This document shows positions 1 through 12,998 of a stretch of DNA of 64,000 nucleotides, piece by piece. The translations under genes were made by a program, and so were the position numbers. Numbering within the stretch: the stretch's first letter is position 1; every line of letters starts with the position of its first letter. The notes under the pieces were generated by a model. That model was not told where the DNA came from. It saw nothing but the letters and a program-made list of their open reading frames with translations, and did not search any database. The DNA is from Thecamonas trahens ATCC 50062 (lineage: Eukaryota; Protista; Apusomonadida): NCBI RefSeq assembly GCF_000142905.1, contig NW_013657666.1:320631-384630 (forward strand), in the 5' to 3' direction.

Positions 1-3000
1 GCAATTGCAGACGCCGCGTTGGCGTCCTGGCCCTGCCCGAGCGCAAGCGCCCGGAACTTACCCTTCATCCCGCGCTCCTCCACAAGCTGCTGCAGCGCAG
101 ACGACGGGTCCACTCCCGGCGAGAGCACAAAGATGAGCGGGATCGTCGGCGACGAGTCCCGGAACGCCGCCGCGAGATCCAGCGTCGGTGGCTCCACGTA
201 CTGGCCCTGCGACGAGAGCGATGCCGTGATGAACTTGGTCAGCGCAAAATTGAGCCGGTCCACACGCAGGCACCGCAAAATAATCATCGTTTGCAGATCG
301 TTGAGGTTATGACCCCACTCGCCAGGCAGCGTCTCCTCCTCCGGCTCGGCAGACTCGTACCATCGCCGCCACTCGCGTCCGTGCTGCTCGAACGAGTGGA
401 TAAGCCCCGCAAAGGCAGGCAGCTTGTCAAGCTCCGTAATGTGGTCCCACTTTTGCTCAGGCAGCCACTCGCGGCACCGGTTCGCCGGCTGGAGCTCCTT
501 GTCAAGCACCTGGCCGCCGCGGAGGAGAAAGTCGTACTCGGGCAGCGAAATCTTCTCGTCGCCGCCAAGAATCCGTACCGTCATGTGGAACGAGAACAGG
601 AGCTTGTGCTTCTCAAACAGCCCGCGGCACGTGTTGCAGTACACCGCGTACGTGTGGAACTCGTTAATCGCCTCCACCCGCTCGGCCACAGCCTCGGCAA
701 TCTCGGCACGCGTCGCGCCGCCAAAGCCGCTCCCTGCGCCCGGCCCCTCGCCGCCGTCCGCCCCGGGCATCGCCATGACGTCCAGCCCGGCTCCCGACGC
801 TGACTTGCCGGCTCCGCCGAGGAGACCCGAAGGCCCGCCGCCCAGCCCGCCACTCCCGCCTGTGCCCTCGCCGTCCGACGTCGATGCCTTTCGCGACGCG
901 ACGATCGACTTGCAGAACAAGTCGATGTACGTGTCGAGCGAGAACTGATACATCGGATCGACCCGCGAGAGGTCGAGCAGGACAAAGAACAGAATAGCAG
1001 CACGCTTTGCAGACGGCCGGTACGCCTCACGGAGAACATCAATCCGGACTTCCGTCTCTTCAGACTCGGCAAGCTGGACCTTGATCGACTCGGCAGTCGT
1101 CTTTGATGACTGCAGCGCATCAACCAGCTTCTCGTCGTCGAGCAGCGAGCCCTTGGCGGTGTCCAGCAGCCGAAGAATCTCGTCTTCGAGCTCCTCCAGC
1201 CGCTTCCGTCCGGCAGCCGTGTTGATCACCACCCGCTCTTTCTGCTTCTCCAGCACGGGCTGCTCCGCACGCACAACATACCCGAGCAGCTGGTCCTCCA
1301 GCCCCTTGGCCTTCACCGCAAAGTTGACCATCGTCGTCTTGGCCGCCAGCTCGGGCGAGTACACCGGGTTCGGCAGCTTTGTCGTCATGTAAAACCTAAA
1401 GTCAGGGTTGTACTCCACCTCTGTGTCGCCGAGCTTGAGCGTCATTGACGCGCCGCGCTTGATGACATCGCGCGCGAGCACAGGGTCCAGCGCAGGGTCC
1501 AGCTCCGTCCCAATGTTCTCGAGCAGGACCGGCGTGCCCTGCTTGATGGCGTACTCAATCCGCGACATGTAATCGGACATCGAGAGGTCCAGCACAATGA
1601 GATGCGCCTTCTTCTCCAGGTTCTTAATCCACGCGTTGGCCTGGCCCTGCGGGTCAATCATGAGCGGCCACCGCCGCCCGCGCGTCACCAGCACTCCGTT
1701 CTCGGTCGAGAACGAGTCCGACGGAAGCTTGAAAATGTTCCACTGCCGCACCTCGGTGGCCTTGGAGAGAAAGTCCGCAAACGAAAAGTCGCCGCTCGCC
1801 GGAATCTTGGTTGCCGCCACAGACTTGGCCCATGACGCAAGCAGCGACTCACGGTAGTCCGAGGTAAACGGACCGGCGTACGCCAAAAAAGCAGACGCCA
1901 TGAGGCAGTCGCCAACCAGCAGCTGGATCTGCTCCTCGTAAGACGCAATCGCTGTCTCCCATCGCTCGCGCTCGCCAGAGAGTCCGTTCACCAGCTTGTC
2001 CGCGCGGTTGAGCTTGGTCTCAGTCTCGGCCGCCTGTCGGGCCAGCGCGTCGCGCTGCTGCGACCGCTCGTCGTGCTCCTTCTTGAGCTCGGCCATGGTG
2101 GTGTTGAGCGACTCAAGCTGCGCCTGCGCCTCGCGCAAGTCGCTCTGCTTCTTCTTCAGAATCTCCGACGCCTCCTTCACTGCCATCTTCTTGGGCAGCA
2201 CGTCGCGATAGACCTTGCCGTACGTCTCCATCGACCGCACCCAGCCCGCGAGCAGCGCCGCAGCGTACGACACCTTCTTGATCTTATCCTGCGCAAAGTT
2301 GGGGTCCGCCAGCAGTCGACCAATCTTCCTCATTACAGACTCTGGAATCGAGTCCTTGGGGTAGTTGAGGACACGCGTGATAAAGTCTGATTGCGCCAGC
2401 TGCCGCTTCGCCTCGCCCCACGACGGCTCGCACTTGAGCAGCACCATGACCGCCTCCATCACCTTGCGCACCATCGCCGGCGGATTGGGAACGCCCGCAG
2501 CTCGGCAAGATGCTCCTTTTTGAGGAACTTCAGCTGCTCCTCGGCGGCCTGCAGCGCAGGCATCGACTCGTCGAGCACCTCCTGTGCCGCCGCAGCCTTG
2601 GCCTGCACCTCGATCTCCTCAGCGGCAATGCGCTCCTGGTCCGCGCCGACCTGCTTGGCCTGCTCGTTCGCCTCGCGCCGCCGCTGCACAATCATGACCA
2701 GGAACTCCTCGCACTCTTTCTGCATGACCGAGACCATGGCCTTGGTCTCCTCCAGCTCGACTGACATCGCCTCGACGTCCTCGCGTGTCTGCTGGAGCTT
2801 GAGCAAACCGTTGCGGAGCTTGTTGGCCGCATCGTTGAGCACCGTCCGCTTCTCGCTCAGGAGTGCCACGTACCCGGTGACCAGCTCCAGGAACGCCGAC
2901 GGCGTCACGTAGTTGACCCGCGACATTGTCGCCTCCATGTCCGCCGACGCTGCTTGGACCGAGGCGTGGACGTCAACAAAGACCGAGGCTAGCGCCGCCT

Positions 3001-6000
3001 CGGTCTCTGGCGAGCCGACATCAATGTCCGAAAGGTACTTGGCACCAACCTCGCCGAGTGCGTCGAGCGGCCACTGCGAGTACCAGTCGATGGTGGTGCA
3101 TGCCACAAGTGCCGGGTACATCCGCAGCCGGTTGCGGAACGCCTCGCCCACCGGCGACATGGTAATGACAATGTGCAGGTTCGCTCGCACCCGCTCCATG
3201 AAAAACGCCCACAGCGTCGGGTGCGAGTCGATGACGCCAGCTGCAAGCGCATCCGGGCGGATCGCGTCGCGGATGGCGTTGAGCTCGTCCGGCGCAAACA
3301 GGTTCGGCACCTCGCCCGATGAGAGCATGTTGTTGATGTCTTCGAGGAAGCCCTCCTCGACCACCTCGGTGTCCGAGAAGAGGAAGACAGTGGGAATGTT
3401 GCTCACGCCTGTCGCGTTGTACAGCTTCTTGAGATCGTCGTGGAACTCGGGCAGCCGGTAGACCTTGCGAACCTCGACTTGGAACAGCGAGTACTCGGCC
3501 ACAAACGTGGCAAGCCGTGTGAGCGACGACCGGCCCGACCCGCCCACGCCGATAATGAGGCAGTGGCCAAACGGCTGCTTGAGGACGCGGACCAGCCGCG
3601 TCACGTGCGCAATAGCATCGTCAAACAGGACAAGATCCATCGGAACAACCGAGAGCTGGTCATTGTAGTCGCTCAGGCGCTCCTCCATGAACTCGCGCAG
3701 CGCGGCCTTGTCCGCAATTTCCTGGTAGACGTCCTCGTCGGTCGACGACGTCCGCATAAAGTCGCCAAACAGCGGGTCGACCTCGGGCCGGCCAAAGAGC
3801 TTTGTCCACGAGACCGAGAACCGGGTCAGGAGCTTGTCGCTCATCTCGGAGCGGAACGCCTCGCGGTCGGCTGCACAGTTGAGGCGGTCGTGGAAGACGC
3901 GGAAGTTCTCGTGGACCCAGAGCTTGATGATCGAGTCCTTCTCGTCGTAGAAGAACCGATGTGCCCGGAGGAGGCCCTGGAAGACCTTGGACAGATCGCG
4001 GAGGTTGAACAGGTAGTGTGAGCTCGCCGGCCGCGGGAGGAACGTCGCCGTCACAAAGTTGTACAGCTCGAGCGTGGCAGAGACCATGACCTCGCCGAGC
4101 GGTTTGATCGTCTCCTCAAAGTCCTGCAGCTTTTGGCCGAGGAGGACCGAGAAAATGCGCCGGAGCTGAGTATCCGACGGAAAGACAATGTTGAGGACGT
4201 TGAACCGGGCCATAATCCGCGGATCGACCGTGTTCCGCCCGCCGCCCGGCGGACCCATGGCCACCACCAGCCGCATGTCACGGATCTTCTTCTGCGACTG
4301 GTGAACCTTGTCGTACCAGAACCCGAGGTCAATCCACTGCCGGATGAGCTCGAGCGGCGGCTGGGCGCCAAACTCCTCCTTCTGCGGCATGTTGAACTCG
4401 TCAATGAAGCAGAGCATCCGCTTGCCGCCCTTGGGGTAGTACGTGTCCTTGGTCCGCTTCTCCACCGCATCCTCGATGATGGCCATGGTCCGCGCCGCGT
4501 TGGTCCGCGCCGAGAAGTTGATGGTCATGCTCGAATACCGCTCCGCGAGCGACCGGTCGCTCAGCACGGCCTTGACCGCCGACGTCTTGCCGGTTCCGGT
4601 CTCGCCCACCAGCATCGGTCGCTTGTCGGCCATCAGCAGCGCCTTGATGAGGAAAGTGTTGCGGAGGGTGTCGACCGTTGGCACAATGATGGTGTGGAAC
4701 GGCGCGTCGGCAGGATACCGCCAGCCCTGCGGAATGAGCTCGGACCAGTGGGCCCAATTCTTCGACTTGACGTCGACGTAGTGCTCAAAGACGGTGTCCT
4801 TGGCCGGAAACTGGCCCTCGATCTGCCGCAGCTCCATGTCCAGCAGCTTTCGCGACGGCTGGTCAAGCGACCCCCCGAGCGACCAGATGAGCGAGAAGAG
4901 GAACCACAGCTCCACCATCCGCTTGTAGTAGTCCTCGTCGTCGGGGTTCACGCCGTTGGCCGGCGTGGCTAGCGCCTCGTACAGGTCGCAGAGCGCGGCA
5001 ACCATGTTGAGCTCCGAGACAGCAACAAGCGACGAGCACGACGACTTGACAAAGGCCAGCAGCGGGTCGACGTACTTATCGAAGAGCTTCTCCAGCAGCG
5101 GCGCGGCCTTGGCCGGGGCTACATGCGCCAGCCACGACGCCACCAGCGGCCTCCACCCCAGATCCTTGGTATCCATGTACACCATGCCGCACCGCGAGAC
5201 CGTCGCCGGCGACGCCACCGCCAGGTCCGGTACCTCGAACAAGAGTGAGACCTTGTCTGGAATGGTAATCCGCTGTCCGTTGTTGAGCGTGAGCATCTTG
5301 TTGTCGTCGAGCACCGTGTTCATCGACTCAATCCACAGCGTGTCGACCGGCCCGTCCATGACCACCCACCGCTCGTCAGGCGAGTCCATCTCGCACACTC
5401 GTGTGATGATGTGCGAGAGAATGCCGTACGTCCACTCGCGAGTTGAGATGTTGTAGTACCCGTAGAGGTCGTTCGGATGGTCGACCGCCTTGGGGTTGAG
5501 CACCACGCTCTGCACCTTGCAAAACGGTGTCTCCGAACTGCCGACATCGATCACGCCCGACGCCAGCGTGTTGAGCGCAGTCTCGAGCGCCCGCCACGCC
5601 GCCGTCTTGGCCGAACCAGTCTCTCCCACAATCATGACGCCATGTCGGGTCTTCTTCGTCTCGTACAGCTGTTCGATCTTTGTGATGATCGCCGGCGTCG
5701 CCTGCAGGCCGGCGTCCGCCAGCGCCGCCCGGATGGCGACCTCCAGCGGACCGTACTCGACCGGCGTCAGCGTTGTCTCGTTGAACAGGTCCGAGAGAAT
5801 GGCGAGGAAGAGCGGGACATCGTCGGCCACAAACTTGGGCAGGTTCATGTCCGTCAGTGCCCGCAGCAGCACCTCCTGTTCGTCCTCGACCGCGCCCGAC
5901 CGCTTGAGCGCTCCGGCCATGACCAGAACCGACTTGATGGCGCGGAGGCCAAAATCGTAGTGGTCCTGCTGCGAGAGCTGCTCTTTGGCGAGCTTGTACA

Positions 6001-9000
6001 GCGTCGTGATCTTGCGCGCGAGCCCGTCCTGCCTAAAGCCCTCGGCATAGAGCATGATCTCGGCAATCGCCGCAGAGTCCGGCACCATCATCGAGATCGG
6101 CCGGAACAGCGCCTTGAGGTTGTCCGGGAGCTCGGACCGCCCGGCATAGCCGGGGTTCATCGTCACGAAAATACCACACGTCGGCTCGAGCCGGATCTTC
6201 TTGCCCTCAAAGGTGAAGAAAAAGTTGGTCGGCGACTTGATGTGCCACTCGGGCGCGCCGCCGTCCGGCCCGCTCTGGCCGCTACCGCCACTCGCTCCAG
6301 CGTCGCCACCGCTGCTCGCGCTCGCAGCCGATGGCCCTGTATCGCCGCTGTCGCCACCGCCAGCAACTGCGGCGCCGGCGCCGCCCCCCGCTACCGCGCC
6401 CGAGCCCGAGCCCGAGCCCGAACCCGATGACTGGGCAAAGAGGTGGATGGCGGCAAGGATGGATGAGATTTGCTGGGCGACGACCGAGAGCACCTCAATC
6501 TCGATACGGTTGAACTCATCAAAGCACGACCAGGCCCCGGTCTGGGCGAGGCCAGAGAAGAGGCGCTCGAGCGACTTGTAGTCGAGGCCTTCGGAGCAGT
6601 TGAAGACCATAACATACTTGGCGAGCGCCTTGCCGAGGTCCTTGACCGTCTCGGTCTTGCCTGTTCCAGCCGGACCCTGCGGGTTGCCACCCTTTTGCAG
6701 ATGCAGCGCCGTTGTGAGCGTCATGTAGCACCGGTCGGTGAGGTCGGTGACAACAAGGCGGCCCGAGTTGCCGAGGTACTCGTAGCCGTACACAAAGGTG
6801 GCGAGCGTCTGTCGCACAAGGCAGAGCCGGTTCTTGTCGTCCCAGTAGAAGCGAAGCTGCTGCTGCCAGTCAAAGTCAGACAGGTCGCGGGTGCCCAGCT
6901 TGACAATCTTGTCGACGACTTCGCGGGCATGGACCTCGATGGTGAGGAGTGCGACAAGCTTCTTACGCTCCAGCCGCGAGATGGGGCCCATGACCGTGTC
7001 GACGAGCCGCTGCACAGTCCGCCGCTGCTTGGAACGCAGGTTGCGCAGCGCCTTCTTCTCACCGGCGGCATAGTCGGCAATGTGGCGCTCGCACGCCGCA
7101 GTCCAAATGATCTGCGACGCGGTGATGAGCGCTTGCCCCGGCCAGGCCGCGAGCAGCGACTCAAACGTGCCGCGCCGGTGCTTGCGGACGGCGGCGTGGG
7201 TCTTCTTCAGATCGTTGATGAGCGTCGTCTGCATCATGTCCTCGATGTGACGGAGCCACTCCTCGACCGGACCCTCGGCGTAGACCGGCTTGGAGAAGGC
7301 CACGTTCTCGCCGTCGGGCGAGTTCATGCCGTACGCAATCTTGCGAGCATCTTTGACCATAAAGTCGAGCGTCTGGATTCCCTCAAAGCACTTTTTGATG
7401 TGCTTCTGGATGGGCTCGACCGGCTTCTTGGTGCCGGGTCCGCCGGGCGCGTCGCCCGACGACGCCGACGTCGAGCCGAGGATCTCGAGGAGCTCGTCGT
7501 CGGAGAGAAAGTAGAACCGTGGGAACTGGACCCGCTTAGTCTCCAAGTACTGGTCGAGCGACTTTTGGATGGTCTCGAGGTCCTTGTTCATGCGGAAGAG
7601 CAGGTCCGAGAGGCCGTCCATGTGGGTCCCGTCCTTGGCGTTCGGGTTCTTCGACAGCCGCTCCATGACGATGCGCCAGTTCGAGTCGACGCTTTGGAAC
7701 ATCTGCGAAGCCGTCGGGAGCTGGCGCCGGATCTCGCCACCGGGGCCCATGAAAATGTTCTCGAGGTAGAGCCAGTGTCGCTGGACTTGGAGCATGAGTT
7801 CGACCGTCTCAAGCACGTGGGTGAGCGTCTTCTCCCAGTGCTCGACCTGCGGCTGAAAGGCGGCGTAGTACCGCGACGACTTGGTGTGCGAGAGCGAGAT
7901 CATGTGCTCTTCGAGTAGCGCAAACACCTCGTCGGTCTTGACCACTCGGTAGTGGTCGGCCTTGTGCGGCTCGAGCGTGAGCGTCGTCGCTGCCCACGCC
8001 GTCTCGATGGCTTTGAGCTCGTTTTCGATGGCGAGCTCGTTGGTAGCCGAGAGCGAGAGCTGGGCAATGATGTCGCGGTACTGGTCAAGGCCAAGGGCAA
8101 TGATGCGCTCGAGCGTAAAGTCGTCCGACGCCGGGTCAAATACGGCGCCGACCTCGTCCATGAGAATGAGCCAATGACGGCGGCGGATGGCCGGGTTCTT
8201 GAGGTCGGTGATGAGCGGCATGGTGTCCTTGACCTGGGCCACACGCTCCGGGCGCGTCGCCCGACGACGCCGACGTCGAGCCGAGGATCTCGAGGAGCTC
8301 GTCGTCGGAGAGAAAGTAGAACCGTGGGAATGGTCTTGACAACAAGCGAAGCAAACTTCATCGACTTCCATGTCTTCCACGACCGGTTCCACTTGGTGGT
8401 CAGCTCCCAAATCTTGGTCAGCCAGTCGAGCTCGCGCGCAGTAGCCGCAATGTCCTTCGACGGCGGCCAGTCGATGTCAAACATGGCCAGTCCCTCGCGA
8501 AGCTCCACCTCACGGGTCCGCAGCTCGTCGAGCGCAGCGGTAAACTCGGCGACGAGTCGATTCGCCGTGTCGACATCGTAGTTAGCGCCAAACGGCGCGC
8601 GGGCGAGAAAGTCGGCCCGCAGCGTCTCGGCCTTGGCGACAAACTCCTCGGCCGAGTGGCGGAGGTCGGCCTTAAACGACTCCTTGTGCTCGGCGAGCGA
8701 GTCCTTGGTCCGCACCAGTGTCTCCTGGAACGAAGCGTGCGCTGCCGGAAGCGCCGCCAGCGCCGCCAGCTCGGCCGGAGGCACATCGACCTCGTACCGC
8801 GTGAGCGCATCGTACTGCTCCTGCAGCGGACCGAACCGGGCCTGAACAGTCGGCTGCTCCTGCGAGACATTGCTGTACAGCTCGAGGGCGTACGAGAGCT
8901 GTGCAAGCGTCTCGGGCTTCTTGGCCAGCGCCGCCGTGTTGTCGGCGTAGTATGCGGTGAGCGCGTTGAGCTCTGTGAGCGCAAACTCGTTGAGCACGCC

Positions 9001-12000
9001 CGTCAGCTCCTCCTGCCAGTTCTTACAGAGCGTGCGGCACCTGGCCTTGAGAGCGGTAAAGACAAGCTGCACAAAGTCGACCTGGACCTGCTCGTACTCT
9101 TGGATGATGTTGTTGTCGAGCTGGCGGAAGAGACCCATGTGAGTGTCAAAGGCCGAGAGCGAGCGCGACTGCTGGGTCCGGTAACGCTGGATAAAGTTGC
9201 GCTGCTGGTCGTGGAGAATGGCGCGGTACTTCTTCTTCCACTCGTTCTGCAACGCCTCGAGCTTTTCGCGGATCGACGACATCGAGGTGAGCGTCGAGTG
9301 AATGAGCTGCTTGTAGGCCTCGGTCGAGGCGATGATGGCGTAGAACGAGGTCTCGTCGTCGTCGTCGACGATGTCGTCGGTAGAGTCGCCGCTCTCGCGC
9401 GAAGCCACGCTACTCGCATCGCCATCGTCGGCGCTGGGGCCGGACGATGGGCCTGGCGCAGCGGCCGCTGCTGATGCCTCTGCGGCGGCGGCGGCGGCGC
9501 GGGCGGCAGCAGCGGCGCGGCGGTCAAACGAGCCGCCGTCGCGCGCCCGCGAGAACGAGCCGCCGTCGCCACTCGCGTCGTCATCGTCGGCCTCGTCGTC
9601 CGACGCAACGGCAAAGAGTGGGCGGATGGTGCCGTAGAGGCGCGGCACAACCGAGACGCACTCGATGATGTTCTTTTCCACAACAAGCACTGTGTTGATG
9701 AGCTCGTCAAGCGAAGGCACAAAGACCGGCTGGATCGAGTCGTCGAGGTCGGCGTGCATAAAGAAGAGCGGCGAGACCGGCGGGGCGCCCGGGCCGGAGC
9801 CACAGGTGGCGGCATTGATCTTGAGCAGCGAGGTCTTGACAGTCGCCGAGAGCGACTCAAGCACCCACGAGTCGACCTCCTCCACAAACGCATCCCATTC
9901 ATCTTGGACCGTCTGCGAGTCGTCCTTAAAGGCGTCGTAGGTGGCAATGAGCAGGTCGCGGATCTCATTATGGCGGGTGACGAGCTGCTCGCGGACGAGA
10001 GCCTGGTACTCGGCCTGGCGAGTGGCGAAGCGAGCAACCTCGTACTTGGTCTTGCCAATGAGGACGAGCGGGTTGACGGCAATGAGCCGGCACTTTTCCT
10101 TAATCGCCGCCTCGTTGCCCTTGTACTCGGAGACGACCGATGCAACGCCGGCGGCCTGCTTGCGGCACTCGCGGGTAAACTCAAGGATGGAGCCGGCCGA
10201 CTCCCAGGTGAGGGTCTTGATGCCGTGGGCAATGCGGCGGTCGAGGACCATGATGCGCTCGGAGAAGAGCGCCAGCTGGCGCGGGGTGAGCGACGAAAGA
10301 ATGTCGTTGTAGTCCGAGACAACGAGGGCAACGTTGGCGCGAAGGACCCGAAGCGCGTCACGCTGCGAGATGATGTCGTGGCACGTCGCCGGCACGTCGG
10401 TCCGGCGAAGCTTTTCCCAGTAGTAGACCTCGGCAAAGATGGAAAGGAGCGGAGCCGGGAACGAGAGAGTGAGAAGGCGTGAGCCGGGATCGCGCTTCAG
10501 CAAGTGGGACTCGAGCATGGTGGTGAGTGGACCGAGGTCCTCAACGGAGATCTTCCAGTCGAGGAAGAGCTTGTTGATGTACTCTTCAAGCGCGTTGACA
10601 AAGACGGCGTACTGCGACTCCAGCTCGGCCATGCGAGCGCGGTTATTGAGAAAGGTGGCGTTCTTGATGGCCAGCCACTGCGACTTGACGCGGTTCTGCA
10701 GCGTGCGGGTCCAGATGGCAGCACCCGAGTAGCGCGGATGGTCCGAGTGGAGCGGCGGCGAGCGCTTGAGCGAGTCAAAGTGGTGCTTGACCGCGTTGAG
10801 ATCGGCGGCAAAGAGCGTGTACACCGTCTCCTCGCAGAGCATGACAGTGTGGACAATCGAGTCGCGGGTGGCGAGCGAGGAGAAGACCTCGAGCAGCTCC
10901 ATGCCTGAGGCGACGGTCGAGACCGACGAGAATGCCGAGTTGATGACGTTTTGGTACATGCGATCGAGGTCTTTGACGCCTTCCTTGAAAGCCGGAAAGT
11001 CCTCGTGCCACTCGGTGACCTTGACGTCGCGCATGTCGTACGGCTTGTGGAAGAGCTTATCGGCGAGTTCGTTAAAGGCGGCCTCAATGCCCTCGAGCTG
11101 GTGGGCAATCTGTGGTCCGCGGGTGCCACCAAAGGCCGGCAGCGGGCGGACACGGCCGCCGCGAGCCTTGCGGCCAAATTGGACGAGCGACTCGCAGACC
11201 TCGAGGAGGTTAGCGCAGCGCTGGATAAAGGCGTCGACGTGGGCAAAGATGGTGGTGTAGTCGGTAAGCTCCCACTTGCGCGGCTCGTGCCGGGTGAGGC
11301 GAACAAGGCGACGGTGGAGGGTGGTAAACTGGTCCTGACACGCCTTGCTGGCCGCAATCGAGTCGTTGAGCGCGTCCATGGCGGCGTACACATCGCCGCG
11401 GAAGATGTCGTCGACCGAGATTGCCGACGCACAGCGGTTGATGACCTCGTTCGAAATCTTGGAGAGGAGGTTGGCCATCAGCTGCGGAGTGTTGTAGTAG
11501 CCAGAAATGAACCAGATCAGCCGGACGGCGTTGAGGACCGACGGGAGAATCGAGGGCAGCTCCTTGGGCGACGCGAGCGCAAGCGCCTCGCACGGGGCGC
11601 GAAGCGCGGAGAGATACTTGAGATTGTTCTGCGAGACAGCAGCCTCAGACTCGATCTTGCCGGCGTACGTCCGGAACTCGTCGAGGTACGACGACTGGAA
11701 GACCTCGAGCACCTTGACGATGGCAAGGACGCCCGGCGAGTTGAGCTGGCGCTCAAGCGACGAGAGATCGAGCGCACGAAGCCGCCAATACTCAAGCTCC
11801 TCGAGCGGGCCTTGCGATGAGAGTGCATTCGACGCGTTGGACGACGAGAGCAGAGTCTTGATCTGCCGGGTCCAGTGGACAAGCGCAGTCTGCAGCCGCT
11901 GGACGAGGTCCTTGTCGGCCGCAGCAGTTGCAGGATCGGCCACGTTCTCACGCGGCACGTACAGAATGGTCGACGAGTTGACTGCCGACGAAGTCTCGGT

Positions 12001-12654
12001 GAGCGAGGCCATGAAGCGGTGGAGCTTGTCAGCAAACTCGCGCTGGACCGACGACGGCCACGGGTTGTGGGTGAGGAAGCGCGGAATGTGGACAGCCTGC
12101 ATCGACGAGAGGAGCGAGGAAAGCGCCGACTTGCGGACGGTCCCGTACTGGATGGAGGCCCGGAGGCGGGCCGGTGACCAGATGACGACGTTGCTGGATG
12201 CCCCGGCGTGCGGCGCGGGCTCGCCATCGGGCTCGCCAGCTCCGGCACTCAGCGCTGCCTCGGACGCGTCGCGCTTGACAAAGTACAGAAGGACCGGCGA
12301 GCGCGAGAGCGTCGGCAGCGAAAAGTCGTTCGGCAGCGAGTTGACGACGTGGAGCCAGAGGCCGGTCGACGACGCGCCCGACGGGCCGGCCGGGCCGGTC
12401 GTCTCGCTGGCCGCGCCAGACGTTGCAGGCTCGGTCCGCGGTGGGACCTCGTCCATGTAGGCAAATGCAGTAGCGGCGCCATGGGAAGAGAGAAAGTGCA
12501 GCAGCACGTTGTAGTGGCCTTGCCCAAACCGGTCCTCATCGTAGCCTGGCAGCAAGTCCAGCCGCTGCTTGAGCCACTCGACAGCCTCGGTCGAGGTTAG
12601 CGGCGTTTCCGCGCTGGCCACCACTTGGTGCGAGCCACGGCGCTGCGACGACAT
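1..12654 (-). CDS. Axonemal dynein heavy chain, DNAH2-like (inner-arm dynein I1/f beta type); 3'-partial with two frame disruptions
   Basis: ATG at 12654. The N-terminal tail (ORF 7900-12660) is followed by the linker (FPRFYFLSDDELLEILG), AAA1 (GPAGTGKTETVKDL, CFDEFNR), AAA2 (GETGSAKT), AAA3 (GETGTGKT), AAA4 (GVGGSGRS), stalk and AAA5. The AAA6 start (PLIFVLSPGVDP...LGQGQ) lies at about 20-140. The frame changes at 8248-8330 (duplicated segment) and 2487-2489 (missing C). The gene continues past position 1. Confidence 0.95.
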
Positions 12655-12998
12655 TGCCAAGAGGGAGAGGACGAAGAGGGAGAGAGAGGTTGGTGTGGGG
12701 TAGGTGGTGGGGGGTGGAGTAGTGGGGGGGTGGGGGGGGGGGGGGGAGAGGGGTAGTGAGCGTGGAGTACGTCGTTAGTGGGGAGGGTGGGGGAGAGGGG
12801 AAAGGCAAGGAAAACGGCGGGCGGGGAGGAGGCGCGGCCGGCGCGACGGGCGTGTGTGATCGATCGGGAATTGATCAGGTTGGCTGGGGGGGGTGGGGGG
12901 GGGGGGGGGGGGAGGGGAGAGGAGGAGAGGGGGGTCTCATGGAGAAGCTACAGTCGTCGTAGCTGGTGGTGAGAAGCTACAGTCGTCGTAAAGTGGGC

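Noticed and set aside
19-12600. Many long plus-strand and alternate-frame ORFs over dynein and other genes
   Set aside because: They are shadow ORFs caused by high GC and strong codon bias, with no recognisable motifs.
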